This document shows, piece by piece, positions 50,990 through 64,000 of a stretch of 64,000 nucleotides of DNA. Position 1 is the stretch's first letter; every line of letters begins with the position of its first letter. Under the pieces are notes generated by a model. The model did not search any database and was not told where the DNA came from. It worked only from the letters and a program-made list of their open reading frames with translations. Both the position numbers and the translations under genes were made by a program. Source of the DNA: Mobula hypostoma (taxonomy: Eukaryota); assembly GCF_963921235.1 (NCBI RefSeq), contig NC_086097.1, positions 83,702,001-83,766,000 of the forward strand, in the 5' to 3' direction.

Positions 50990-52847
50990 TTGAGACAGTC
51001 AGGGTGAATGCCAGTGCCTGGGAATGGAAAAAAGCTATAGAAAGTGGGGGCACAACCCGTCCATCACAGGCAAAGCCCTCCCCACCATTGGGTACAGGTT
51101 TCCGCCGCCATCTGAAGGTAGAGCGTTCCTATGAAACGGTTCGTAAACCGGAATGTTGTAAAGTGAAGAAGCAATTGCCATTTATTTATATGGGAAAAAT
51201 TTGTGAGCATTTTCAGACCCAAAAAATAACCTACCAAATCATGCCAAATAACAGATAAAACCTAAAATAACAGTAACATATAGTAAAAGCAGGAATGATA
51301 TGATAAATACACAGCCAATATAAAGTAAAATTATTTTCTGCAATCATTGCATTGTCCACCGTAGCGAAAATCTCACGCAAGGTCTCTCGGCAGAAACATT
51401 CTCTCCAGTAACCTTTAAGTCATGAAGCTGCCAAATCATACCAAATAACACATAAAAATACACAGCCTATATAAAGTAGAAATAATGTATGTACAGTGTA
51501 GTATCACTTACCGGAATCGGGAAGACAGCGAGCACACTGATGATGGTGTGATAGGCTGAGTTGTCTGAGTTTGGGGTGGTGGGACACTGGGGTGCCATCT
51601 TATCGTCGTCTGTTTCCATCAGGGCAGGCAGGTCATCTTCTTCTGTGTCTGCCTGCCTTGATGTCGAAGGTCGAGGTTTATCATCTGCTGTGGCTGATGT
51701 GGAAGGCTTGAAAAACGACGGTATGCTTGACTGCTTAGCCTCGCACATTTTTCTATCATACAGTTCTTTCTAAGCACTCAAACCATCCTGCAAATATGCC
51801 CTAAACCTACGTATCCTTTCAAAAATAAAGTTGTACTTTTCTGCAATCATTGTTGTCAGTTGCAGCGAAAATCACACGCAGTTGCTTCACGTTCAGTTCC
51901 TGGACGACTTCACTTTCGGTCCGTTCGCTACTGCATTCGGTTTCGATTGTTATCCTTTCCTCTTCCAATTGTATCAGCTCTTCATCTATCAGTTCTTGGT
52001 CATGGGATGCCAAACCTCTTCAACATCATCTTCATCAACTTCCACAAGCCAAACTCACTTTGTCCTTACTTCATTCACCACAATCAAAACGCTTAATTAC
52101 GTCTAGTTTTACGCTATGTGTAACACCCTTATAAGCTCTTTTAGGCTTTTCTGATACCTTAGAACTCATCTTGCTAACGGATGCTCCAAATAAATCAACA
52201 TAAAGCACAGATGCTCACAGGCACGTGTTTAAGCAATGCTGGCTAGAATGCAGTTCCGGGGAGGAGCTTGGCTGCTCGGGGCGTGCTGCCTTTTTTCACA
52301 TGCTGCCTTTTCTCGTAACAGTGAAAACACATTCTGTCAGCGAAAACAGGTAACTAATGTAGGTCTTAGGTAACAGCGAGGTGTCGTAAAGCGAACATTC
52401 GAAAAGCGGGGGACACCTGTATATTTACATGGAGCACTGCCACAAGAAAGCACCTTCCAGGTCATGCCCTCTTCTTGCTACTGCTATCAGGCAGGAGGTG
52501 CAGAAGCCTCAGGTCCCACACACCACTGGGTTCAGGAACAGCTATCACCTAACAGTCATCAGGTTCCTGAACCTAGGTGCAGACAATTTCATTCACCACT
52601 ATTCTGAACTGATTTTACAACTTAAACACTCACTTTCAGGGACTCTTTACAACTCTGCTCTCAGGATTAGTTTTACTTGCACAGTTTGTCTTCTTTTGCA
52701 CATTGGTCCTTCGTTTGCCAGTCTTTATTGATGTATAGTTATTTTGTGAAATTCTGTTGTATTTCTTTTTTCCTGTAAATGCCAACAAGAAAAAGAATCT
52801 CACGGTAGTATAGGGTAACATATAGGTACTTGATTAAACTTTGAACC
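50990..52847 (+). mobile_element. Rex1/Babar 3' fragment split by a Tigger insertion
   Basis: ...ggcaaagccctccccaccattggg[TA insertion]tatttacatggagcactgccacaagaaagc rejoins into the motif seen in other copies. Tail ...taaactttgaac. Confidence 0.75.
51095..52419 (-). mobile_element. Tigger/pogo deletion derivative with a transposase C-terminal remnant
   Basis: TA|CAGGTTTCCGCCGC ... GCGGGGGACACCTG|TA. Acidic SHDQELIDEELIQLEEE and KQSSIPSFF tail. Internal direct duplication at ~51234-51330 and 51431-51485. Confidence 0.82.
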
Positions 52848-54061
52848 AAATGCAAAGGATGTCAAGCAGCACAAGTAGTGGACTAGAAGCTTCTTTGGCC
52901 CTGTTCTGCCTTCCATCCTGCAGTCCTTCCTCCTCACTTGAAAAATGCACTTGTGGAACACGTAATCAGCTTTTTAATGTATACCTACGACAGCCTACTC
53001 CACCCGCCTCACGTCATACTTGCTCTTTAAGCAAACAGTCCCTTCCACGTGACTGGCCCACAACAAGTCCTAGGTCTGCATGAACTAGACTCTGTTTGGA
53101 AGTGATATGAACATAGCCTTATTAAGTTGATGTGTGAGAACTGAAACCTTAGCCTCCAGGGATGTCTCTCTGATGGTTTGTGTGGATGAGCCAGATGCAG
53201 CACAACCTCCATGCCTTAATTGATGCAGTGTTTAGCTTCAAACAGTTCAACGTAGCTGTCACCAGAACCACAAGTTTCCATCTGCACAATGGGTTCTTCT
53301 TCCCTTATCCTAAATGCCATTGAAATAGTACTGCGCATCCTTAACAGAACTCAATTACGTGAACGTGCTAGTTGCTGCCCCGTGAGCCTTGCCCAGTAAA
53401 CAGCACAATTCATTCCAAGCTGCATGGCTGCTAAATTGCTTCGGGCAATAAAATTTATTCTCCAACAACTTGGAATTGCCCAGTACAGGAAAACATTCCA
53501 AGGCACTTTGCAAAAACACAGCTGAACAAACTTTGGCCTATTGTCAGTTTTCTAATCTTGATATTTAATTCGCATTTTGTTCTTCCATAAAAGACCCAAG
53601 CTATCCAATATTGCAAATTAAGCAATGCATCGCACTTGAATTAAAATGAAAGTCATCAGATAATTTCACTTCTGAGGCTCTGAACATACTGTGGATGCAA
53701 AAGCAAGTTATTGGTTCTTGCTTTAAATTTCCTCCCGGCAGCCCTGAACATAAACAATAATTAATTCCCAAACAGAAACTAGGTAAGTGTGTTTTTTTTA
53801 CAATTAGTAGCAATTTAATGTGATGCAGAGTGCAGATCTCGCCCTATCCTGTTTTTCCACAACACCCTTAACATATCTAAATGTACCAATGTACTTCATA
53901 AGAGCTTTATGATAGATTTTAGAGCACTTTAAAGGGTTAAGGAGAGGATGAAGGGTCACGCCCAAAATGCTGTCTGTTCATTCTGCTCCATAGATGCTGA
54001 CTGACCTGCTGTGCTCCTCCAGCATTTCTGTGTTGGTTCTTCTGGATTCCCACCACTGCCT

Positions 54062-54262
54062 GTCAGGAGTTTGTACGCTCTCCCTATGACCGCGTGGGTT
54101 TCCTCCAGGTGCTCTGGTTTCCTCCCACACTCCAAAGACCTACCGGTTGGTAGGTTATTTGGTCATTGTAAATTGTCCAGTGATTAGGCTAGTGTTGAAT
54201 TGAGGATTGCTGGGCGGTGCAGCTTGAATGGCCAGAAGAGCCTATCTTAATAAATACTTCTA
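54062..54262 (+). mobile_element. V-SINE/HE1-like SINE fragment
   Basis: GGAGTTTGTACGCTCTCCCTATGACCGCGTGGGTTTCCTCCAGGTGCTCTGGTTTCCTCCCACACTCCAAAGAC core. Confidence 0.75.
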
Positions 54263-54576
54263 TTTTTATAAATAGCTGTATCTTAATAAATAGTTTTGTT
54301 TAATCATCTGTAGAATTGCTTGTGCTGAGGAAATTCTAGAGCTTAGCATCTGGAGGCAGGAATATCAGAGGCGAAGCAATTGAATTTAAGAATGATCAAG
54401 AGGCCACAGGTGGAGGAGTGTGGATATCTTGGAGATTTGTTGGGTTGGAGAAGATGATCATGGAGATTAAGGAAGGGGAAAGGCGAAAGAGAGTTCACAA
54501 TACTTCCACGTGAAAGAAATCACATGGTCTTCTCGCTCACCCACATTACAGACTCGCTCTCCTTGTGCATGTATAG

Positions 54577-54798
<222 letters not shown>

Positions 54799-54964
54799 TG
54801 AATATCACTGAAATCATACTGATTGAGTTCATCCAGGCACTGACTTAACTGCACTGGGATTGAACGACCATCTGCTCAACCAGCACATCCTTGCATCACT
54901 TAGTGAAATTATATCGGGCTTTATAGAGGGTTTTACTCAAGGAATTCCATGCTGGCATCAAATG

Positions 54965-55420
54965 CAGAATCAGAATCAGGTACATCACCAGCACATGTGA
55001 AATTTGTTAACTGTGCGGTAACAGTACAATGTAATACATGATAAATATAGGAAAAACCCTGAATTACAGTCCTATACATATATATGTATACTAAATGGTA
55101 AGTTAAAATAAGTAGTGTAAAAACAGAAATAATGAGAGTAGTGAGGTAGAGTTCACGGGTTCAATGTCCATTTAGAAATCGGACGGCAGAGGGGAAGAAG
55201 CTGTTCCTGAATCACTGAGTGTGTGCCTTCAGGCTTCTGTACCTCCTTCCTCATGGTAACAATGAGAAGAGGGCATGTCCTGGGCGATGGGGGTCCTTAA
55301 TGATGGACGCCACCTTCCCGAGGCATCACTCCTTGAAGAAGTTCTGGATATCTTGGAGGCCAGTACCCATGATGGAGCTGACTAATTTTAGAACTTCCTG
55401 CAGCTTACTTCGATCTTAAT
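54965..55420 (-). mobile_element. Rex1/Babar LINE 3' fragment
   Basis: cagaatcagaatcagg tail (reverse strand) and a ggggaagaagctgttcctgaa...gggtccttaatgatgg remnant. Confidence 0.75.
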
Positions 55421-55775
55421 TAATTGGAATGATTTCTGCCCAAAGCTTGACAAAGCTATGGAGCGCAAATATTGTTTTAACAATTAGCTTAATCTTTTAA
55501 CGAGTGGCCTGACTTATAACATAGACTTCCACATGTGTGAATCCTGGCTACCGGCATTTGAACATCACAACGGCTCTCAGTTATCCTCAGTGCAGTTCGG
55601 ATGGCTTTGTTCAGTAGCTAGTCTCCTTCATGCAGTTGATGCCGTGTTAGGTAAAGTTCATACAGTCGATGCTTTTTGGTGCTTTTTATTCATATTTCAA
55701 GTATAATGAGCTTCTTTGAAGATTCAGTTGCTACATGAGTAACACTGGGATCTGAATTTCAGCTGACATGCTGTA

Positions 55776-56256
55776 TGAGGGGTGATTGATAAGTTCGTGG
55801 CCTAAGGTAGAAGGAATCAATTTTAGAAACCCTAGCACATTTATTTTTCAACATAGTCCCCTCCTACATTTACACACTTAGTCCAGAGGTCGTGGAGCAC
55901 ACGGATCCCTTCTTTGTAGAAGTCGACGTCTTAGTGGCCTACAGTAGAAGGAGATGAGTTATACAGCTCTCGTTACATGCATGTGCAGGTCAACTCTTTG
56001 AGTGATTATGCAGAAAGTTTGAAGTTAATAACTCATCTCCTTCTACCTTCGGCCACAAACTTATCAATCACCCCTGCTGTGGACCACTTCTGGAGGTCCA
56101 AGACGCCGACTTCTACAAAGAAGGGATCCGTATGCTCCATGACCGCTGGACTAAGTGTGTAAATGTAGAAGGGGGATATGTTGAAAAATAAATGTGCTAG
56201 GTTTTCTAAAATTGACTCCTTCTACCTTAGGCCACAAACTTATCAATCACCCCTAC
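55776..56256. mobile_element. Palindromic mariner-derived MITE, copy 1
   Basis: TA-flanked TIR GAGGGGTGATTGATAAGTTCGTGGCCTAAGGTAGAAGGA. ~155-bp inverted arms encode the mariner C-terminus DFYKEGIRMLHDRWTKCVNV.G.YVEK*. Confidence 0.88.
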
Positions 56257-57429
56257 TACGGAGATGTACTAAGGGGACAGTGGAAGAGTAACATTTGTGC
56301 ATCATATTGAACAAATTCACATTATTTAATTCCTAATTTAGATAGATGGACATTTTTAACAAGGGAAACAATAATTGGTTTGAAGGTCTGGGTACAAGCT
56401 TGTGAATTTCCAGGTATTCTGCTCTGACTCCATCTGCAAGTTTGCAGATGATACTATCCAGATAGAAAGCCTGTTGTGCTGGGGGCAGCCCCACCGGTGT
56501 CACCACGTGTTCTGGCACCAACATAGTAAGCCCCGCAATGTTCAGCAGAACAACATAGGCAACAACAGCAGCAAAACAAGTCCCTTTTCCACCCACTCAC
56601 ACATATAGACAGGCCTCCACACTCCAGGGCGGGTTGCCTCCAGGACTCTGACCTTCTGTCCTTGGCCCTGGACTTTGGATTCTTGCCACACTGGGTTTCC
56701 AATCTCCAATCCCTGGACCAGATTTGCAGACAGCAGGTCCCCAACTTCCAGACATGCTGACTTTTGGGCCTCAACATCTGGACTCACTGTCATTGGTCAT
56801 CAACATTTGGGCTTCAACCTTTGGTGTCAACCCCAAGACTCGTTGATCATGGGAGTCTGAACTCGGGGCCTCGACCACCAGGTTCACATGGACTTCTAAT
56901 TCTGGGACTCGCTGACTTGGCGGGTCACTGGCCCTCATGCCTCCTGCTCATGTGGACCTTTCACCCTGAGACTCGGCAACACGGGGGTGGGGTTACCCAC
57001 CCTTCTTCTCAGGGCCCACTTCTCAGGTTGTTGACCATGGGGATTGCTGGTCTTCATCCTCAACACCCTGAGATTCATTTGTTTGTAAATGCCCACAAGA
57101 AACTGAATCTCAGGGTAGTATGTGGTAACATATATATACTTTGGTATTAAATTTACTTAAGACTTTGAACTTTTTGTGACCTGATCCCTGGAGATCACCC
57201 GGAGGAACATTATGTCCTGGATTCAGACCACTGGCTCCTACCTATGTCTTTTCATTAACTGCTCCCCCTCATCCCTGTCCCCAAATCTTAACCTCACCCC
57301 TAACTCCCGACGTTGTCCCCAAAACCATTCCTACAAACCTGAAAAATCAAGTCTGAGCCACGACCTCGATGTACAATTCAGCTTGGTGCCATCTTGAGCA
57401 TGTAGCATCACCAGAGTCGGCCCTGGAGG

Positions 57430-58070
57430 CTGTTTCATCATGGAAGCCAACCTGTCCTCGGTCTTTGTCTATACTCCATGCTGCCTCAGTAAAGCAGCCT
57501 ACACATAATCCAAAACCCATCCATCCTGGGCATTCTCTCTTCTCCCCACTCCCATCAAGCAGAAGATATAAAATCCTAAAAACACATGCCACCAGGCTCA
57601 AGGACACCTTCTGTCTCACTGATGTACGACTAGTGAACGGTTGCCGTTCCTCTGTCTGCTTTGTGATGCATCAGGGGGGCAACCTTGCTGTATCTTTAGC
57701 ATATGTCTGTTTTTTACGAGGCTGAATTGCCAGCTCAGAGCTCAACCCAGCACGGCTGGAAAGTGTGCAAGGATCTGGCTGGATTTGAACCTGGAACCAT
57801 TCCCCTCAAAGTCCCCTCCGCACATTGTACGGTTCCCTAGTAAGATATGATGGACGCTTGATTTCACTATATACCTCGTATGATCTTTCATCTTATTCTC
57901 TACCTGCAGAGTACTTTCTCTGCAATGGTAACACTTTATTATTTCAGTCTGTTATTGTTTTGCCTGATACTGCCTTGATGCACTGTTGTAATGAATTGAC
58001 CTGCATTAATAGATGCAAGTTTTTCCACTGCCTCTCAGTACATGTGATAATAGTAAACCAATTTACCAAC
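57430..58070 (+). mobile_element. Rex1/Babar LINE 3' fragment with an internal insert
   Basis: HPGHSLFSPLPSSRRYKILKTHATRLKDTF. 3' UTR is similar to 12300-12510. Confidence 0.7.
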
Positions 58071-58175
58071 TGAGCTGTTGGATGCAAAATTGCACTGTCC
58101 CTTTATTTGTTTGAGGTGTGGGCTAATGGGGAGGAAGGATTAAGAGAGAGTGGTTTGGAAAAGGGTACTGTGACC

Positions 58176-58370
58176 CAGTGGTTCCCAGCCACTGGGCCAC
58201 AAAGCATGTGCTACCGGGCCGCGAGGAAACAATAAGATTTGGCGATTTGAGACGATGTGAGTCAGCTGCACCCTTCCTCATTCCCTGTCATGCACGGTTG
58301 AACTTGAACAACACCCCCCCTCCGCCCCCCCATCAGCCGGTCCGCAGTGCAAAAAAGGTTGGGGACCCTG
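58176..58370. mobile_element. hAT (Charlie-like) MITE, 195 bp
   Basis: CAGTGGTTCCCAGCC ... GGTTGGGGACCCTG termini. Imperfect 8-bp TSD CTGTGACC / CTGTAACT. Confidence 0.75.
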
Positions 58371-58569
58371 CTGTAACTTGATGTACAGGCACATGAAATT
58401 TACCATCCTGACATCCTTGACCTAGTGGTGTTTGTCAACCATGTTTCACAGCGGTGTGCACTGGACTGGTTGTCCTTGGTAAAGAGAGGTAATGAGATTG
58501 GGGAGAGTTCAAACATTTCAGTGAGTTGAAGAGAATATTGTAACATGGTTATTTGTATATCATTAACAG

Positions 58570-58689
58570 GTGAACGGTTGCCCAAACCAGAAAGAGGAAA
58601 GATGCGTGTACATAAGATATCCAATGTCAACAAAGCACTGGATTTTATTGCCAGCAAGGGAGTGAAACTTGTTTCCATTGGAGCAGAAG
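58570..58689 (+). CDS. ACTN1: Alpha-actinin coding exon (equivalent to exon 3), (G)[39 protein letters not shown](E)
   Basis: ttaacAG acceptor (58568-69) and GTagg donor (58690-91). 120 nt, phase 1-1, splices in frame to the previous exon. Absent from the ORF track; read directly from the sequence. Confidence 0.95.
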
Positions 58690-59569
58690 GTAGGAATGTG
58701 AAAAGTACACTTTCCTGATTTCTGATGTCACCTTGAATGCCACATATATCCGGTAAAAGTATCGCCAGGCAATTGTTACAGGTGCTCAAGTACAGTCCTT
58801 GTCATTCCAACTTGGCACTAAATCTCCAGAAAAAATATTTTCAATACCTCAGCACAGTTGTGCAGTAACTCATCTTTGGGGTAGATTCGGCCAGGAAAAG
58901 TGGTAGCGGTGGTACTTGTAGTTGTGTAATCTGCATGTCATTGCCTGAAATGTTGTACCAATTTGCTTTAGTCATGTTTCCCCAAAGCTGACCTGACTCC
59001 CACTGTAATTTAGACCCACTGAGAACCCATAGCATGGTGAGCAACAGAGTCTACTTACAACTGTATTTTATATTTCCAGTTATTGTCATCGTGAGTGGCT
59101 CATTCTGTTTCTGATTCCTCTCTCTCCATTGATGTCATACCGTGCTTGTATCCAACTTTAAATGGATTAAGTGAATCACAATGACTGTTTTCTATAAACC
59201 ATGTCACAGTATTACATTAATCTGCCTGAACTTTGCCACCTTGTTCTAGTACCTTAAACACAGTTATTGTGACGATCGCCTTACTTGACAGGAAGAAGAC
59301 AGGCGTGTTATTGCATTTCCACTGCTGTGTGTGGATGCTTTTTACTTGCTGTTGATATTTTCATGGTGGCTCCAGCTCCGGGGATGGGCCAGACATGTCC
59401 ATTTGGTGCTATTTCCTGCTGATTAGAAAATGCAAACCCTTAGGTGGTAGTAAGATGGAGAACAGTCCATGACTGTGACAAGTTTGCAGCTTTGAGTGCC
59501 TTCAACTGCTGCTGTACTCCTCCCAATCATGCCACAAACATTTGGAATTAGTTATCAAAGAGAGGCAAA

Positions 59570-60235
59570 ACTGAGGAAAGATAGATGGAGCTGAGGAATA
59601 AGAAGGCGAAGACCATCTTAATGGGTGTATGTTATAGACCTCCCAAAAGTCAGCATGATTTAGGGCAAACTTGATGAGAGATGGCAGACAATTGGCAAGA
59701 GAAACAAGGCTGTGATAGCAGATGATTTTAAACTTTTCTCATATTGACTGGGACTCCCATAATTACAAGGACTAGACCAGATGGAGTTTGTTAAATGTGT
59801 TCAAGAATGTTTCCTTAATCAATATGTAAAGGTCCTGAATTAACAGGTCAGGTGACAGAAGTGTGTGTAGGGGAATGCTTTGGATCTAGTGATCATAATT
59901 CCATTGGTTTCAAGATAATTATAGAGGATAGGACTGGTCCTTGGGTTGAGATTCTAAATTGGAGAAAAGACCAATTTTGATGGCATCAGAAAGGCTCTGG
60001 AAGGTATGAATTGGATTAGGTTGTTTCCCGAGAAAGGGATGCTTGTTAAGTGGAAGGCCTTCCAAAGTGAATTATTGAGAGTACAGAATTTGTATGTTTC
60101 TGTTAGAAGAAAAGACAAGGCTAACAGGTTTAGGGAACCTTGCTCTTCAAGGGATATTGAGGCCATGGTTAAGAAGAAGGAGGCGCATATCAGGTATAGG
60201 CAGTTTAGATCAAAGGAGGTCCTTTGCATGTAAGG
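59570..60235 (+). mobile_element. CR1 ORF2 endonuclease/linker fragment
   Basis: ELRNKK...MGVCYRPP; gatctagtgatcataatt (SDHN). Confidence 0.75.
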
Positions 60236-60249
60236 AGGAACATGTAACA

Positions 60250-60569
60250 AGAGCGTCTTGGATCTCCCGGTGGTCCACAGCAGGGGTGATTGATAAGTTC
60301 ATTACATGCACATGCAGTTCAACTCTTTGAGTGATTATGCAGTAAGTTTGAAGTTAATTCATCTCCTGCTACCTTAGGCCACGAGCTTATCAATCACCCC
60401 TGCTGTTGACCACTTTCTGGAGGTCCAAGGCGCCGACTTCTACAAAGAAAGGATCCGTATGCTCCAGGACCGCTGGACTAAGTGTGTAAATGTAGGAAAA
60501 ATAAATGTGCTAGGTTTTCTGAAATTGACTCCTTCTACCTTAGGCCACGAACTTATCAATCACCCCTTG
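60250..60569. mobile_element. Palindromic mariner-derived MITE, copy 2 (left arm mostly lost)
   Basis: Aligns to 55920-56256 and ends TTATCAATCACCCCTTG|TA. Confidence 0.85.
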
Positions 60570-62019
60570 TAAGAAGTAGAAGCAGGAGTCGTCCTTTTGT
60601 TCCTCTAGTCTGCTCTGCCGTTCAATATTACTGCGCCTGACCTTCCTCCATTTTCTTCTCCTAATCCCATATCTAATAACCCCTCTAAATTTGTCTTATT
60701 TCTTAGCATCCATTTTAAAAGGTAGAAGGACCATTGCTCTGACAGACTATCATTCTGATGGTATTTACTCCCACAGATATGTATAAAGAGTTTGCTTAGG
60801 CAATGACTGTGAGACCCGTGGTATGGGATCAACCCATGACAAACCAATAGAGGTGGGGTACTCATGCACAGAGAAAACATTGACCATATTCATCTCCCAA
60901 AAGCGTTCTGGTAAATTCAAATGGAAAAACTGTAATGTGGTCTTCGCACACACAGCTAGGTGTTCTGTATTGGGTTTCAGTGTGTTTTGGTGGAAGCCAC
61001 ATATGATATAAAGGGATGAGATCCTATCAAAAGTTGACAATTTTAGTGTCAATCATCAATGTCCCTAGACCAAGCATCAGTAACTTACATTTATGCTTTT
61101 AACTATTTTAAAAGTAGTCTTTCATTGAGTCATGGAGAGAACATGGAAGCAAGCATTTTGGCCCAACAAGTCCACACGAGCCATTATCCAGCCAATTATA
61201 TTAATCTGACAAAAATCCTTTTTTGCCCCTCCCCTTGTTCTCATCAATAAGACCCAGACTGTACACGCAAGGGATAATTTAGAGTGACTAATGAACTTTC
61301 TCAACCTTGGGATGTGGGATGAAAGCAGGCCAGTCAGGGGAAACCTGCAATGTGTTAGCGAAACAGTACAATTCCACATAGTTGGCAGTGGAGGTCAGGA
61401 GTGAACCCAAGTTGTTGATGTTGTGAGGCAGTAGGTCAACTAGGATCATTTGACAGAAAGCTATTTAAAAAACATATCTAATTACCCAATACGCAGCAGG
61501 CATTTCAATGTGAAAATGAATGAAAAATGTCATACTGTTCAGCAATTGTTTGAATTAGGGCGTGCTGTGAATACAAACATTGTCTTCGTATGCTGAGACT
61601 TATTTTGAAAGTTTCACATGGTATAAAACATTTGAGTTTGTTTTCCCCATAACGGATCATTTTAATTTTTCCTGTGCTAGGCCTGTAACCTCGCCATCTG
61701 AACAAGCAGTAATGTAGGTTGACCCCTTGTGTTCTATTTTACCCCCATTTCCTCTTCTGTTCCGGAACAACGTGTCTATTGCCAAATTGAGGCCATTGAG
61801 GGATGATCAATTGGAACGTCTGTTTCTGATGGCAATATGTCACATTTAACTGGCTCTTCTCCAGTCTCTATCTCTTGTAAGCTCCTGTCCCTTTGCTTCG
61901 TTAGTGTTACTATAATTTTTCTAGTAGGCATTGACATTCCCCAGTGATGGGTCCTTCACAATACAAATGAGATTGTGAAAAATAGCCTCTTTTTATTCAC
62001 TTTTATCCATTTCTCTTTT

Positions 62020-64000
62020 TAGAACATAGAATAGTACAGCACAATACAGGCCCTTCGGCCCACAATGTTGTGCTGACCCTTAAACCCTGCCTCCCATATA
62101 ACCCCCCCCACCTTATATTCCTCCATATACCTGTCTAGTAGTCTCTTAAATTTCACTAGTGTATCTGCCTCCACCACTGACTCAGGGAGTGCATTCCACG
62201 CACCAACCACTCTCTGAGTAAAAAACCTTCCTCTATATCCCCCTTGAACTTCTCACCCCTTACCTTAAAGCCATGTCCTCTTGTATTGAGCAGCGGTGCC
62301 CTGGGGAAGAGGTGCTGGCTATCCACTCTATCTATTCCTCTTAATATCTTGTACACCTTTATCACGTCTCCTCTCATCCTCCTTCTCTCCAAAGAGTAAA
62401 GCCCAAGTGTGGCCTAACCAGAGTTTTATAGAGCTGCATCATTACCTCACGACTCTTAAACTCTATCCCTCCACTTATGAAAGCTAAGTTTTCTTAACTA
62501 CCCTATCTACCTGTGAGGCAACTTTCAGGGAACTGTGGACATGTACCCCCAGATCCCTCTGCTCCTCCACACTACCAAGTATCCTGCCATTTACAGATGT
62601 TTGTACTTTGTACTCTGCCTTGGAATTTGTCCTTCCAAAGTGTACCACCTCACACTTCTCCGGGTTGAACTCCATCTGCCACTTCTCAGCCCACTTCTGC
62701 ATCCTATCAATGTCTCTCTACAATCTTCGACAATCCTCTACACTATCCACAACACCACCAACCTTTGTGTTGTCTGCAAACTTGCCAACCCACCCTTCTA
62801 CCCCCACATCCAGGTCGTTAATAAAAATCACGAAAAGTAGAGGTCCCAGAACCGATCCTTGTGGGACACCACTAGTCACAACCCTCCAATCCGAATGTAC
62901 TCCCTCCACCACGACCCTCTGCTTTCTACAGGCAAGCCAATTCTGAATCCACCTGGCCAAACTTCCCTGGATCCCATGCCTTCTGACTTTCTGAATAAGC
63001 CTACCGTGTGGAACCTTGTCAAATGCCTTACTAAAATCCATGTAGATCACATCCACTGCACTACACTCATCTATATGCTTGGTCATCTCCTCAAAGAACT
63101 CGTTCAGGCTTGTTAGACATGATCTGCCCTTCGCAAAGCCATGCTGACTGTCCCTGATCGGACCATGATTCTCTAAATGCCCATAGATCCTATCCCTAAG
63201 AATCTTTTCCAACAGCTTTCCCACCACAGACTTAGGGTTCACTGGTCTATAATTACCCGGACTATCCTACTACCTTTTTTGAACAAGAGGACAACATTCG
63301 CCTCCCCCCAATCCTCCGGTACCATTCCCGTGGACAACGAGGACATGAAGATCCTAGCCAGAAGCTCAGCAATCTCTTCCTTCGCCTCATGGAGCAGCCT
63401 GGGGAATATTCCGTCAGGACCCAGAGACTTATCCGTCCTGATGTATTTTAACAACTCCAACACCTCCTCTTCTCTCAATATCAACATGCTCCAGAACATC
63501 AACCTCACTCATATTGTCCTCACCGTCATCAAGTTCCCTCTTATTGGTGAATACTGAAGAGAAGTATTCATTGAGGACCTCGCTCACTTCCACAGCCTCC
63601 AGGCACATCTTCCCACCTTTATCTCTAATCAGTACTACCTTCACTCCTGTCATCCTTTTGTTCTTCACATAACTGAAGAATGCCTTGGGGTTTTCCTTTA
63701 CCCTACTAGCCAAAGCCTTCTCATGCCCCCTTCTTGCTCTTCTCAGCCCCTTCTTGCTCCTTTCTTGCTACTCTATATTCCTCAATAGACCCATCTGATC
63801 CTTGCTTCCTAAACCTCATGTATGCTGCCTTCTTCCACCTGACTAGATTTTCCACCTCACTTGTCACCCATGGTTCCTTCACCCTACCATTCTTTATCTT
63901 CCTCACTGGGACAAATTTATCCCTAACATCCTACAAGAGATCCCTAAACATCGACCACATGTCCATAGTACATTTCCCTGCAAAAACATCATCCCAATTC
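62020..64000 (-). mobile_element. CR1 LINE ORF2 fragment, runs off the window end
   Basis: [30 protein letters not shown]; 3' tail GTACTATTCTATGTTCTA. Confidence 0.93.

Overview
Vertebrate intronic DNA, most likely a cartilaginous fish (ray or shark), inferred from the repeat repertoire. The only host coding sequence is two + strand exons of a non-muscle alpha-actinin (best fit ACTN1): 54628-54742 and 58570-58689, the start of the CH1 actin-binding domain. The first ~54.6 kb is probably part of a very long first intron. The rest is a nested transposon landscape: CR1, Rex1/Babar, RTE and L2-like LINE fragments, tRNA-headed and V-type SINEs, Penelope pieces, and Tc1, Tigger/pogo, mariner and hAT DNA elements. 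There is one young full-length 4.5 kb Ty3/Gypsy (Mag-like) LTR element at 32253-36772 (- strand, 5-bp TSD). Most interesting: (1) this element has no tRNA-type primer binding site, only a 15-nt sequence complementary to the poly(A)-signal region of its own LTR in priming geometry, and its RT reads YLDN instead of YxDD; (2) a complete minimal hammerhead ribozyme core sits in a Penelope-derived insert; (3) one SINE head is joined to two different RTE-like tails, each with a counterpart in the window; (4) a four-TIR palindromic mariner derivative occurs on both sides of exon 3; (5) one MITE closely resembles human MER2 as I recall it. Family names come from motif recognition, not database searches. 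Boundaries of old fragments are approximate.
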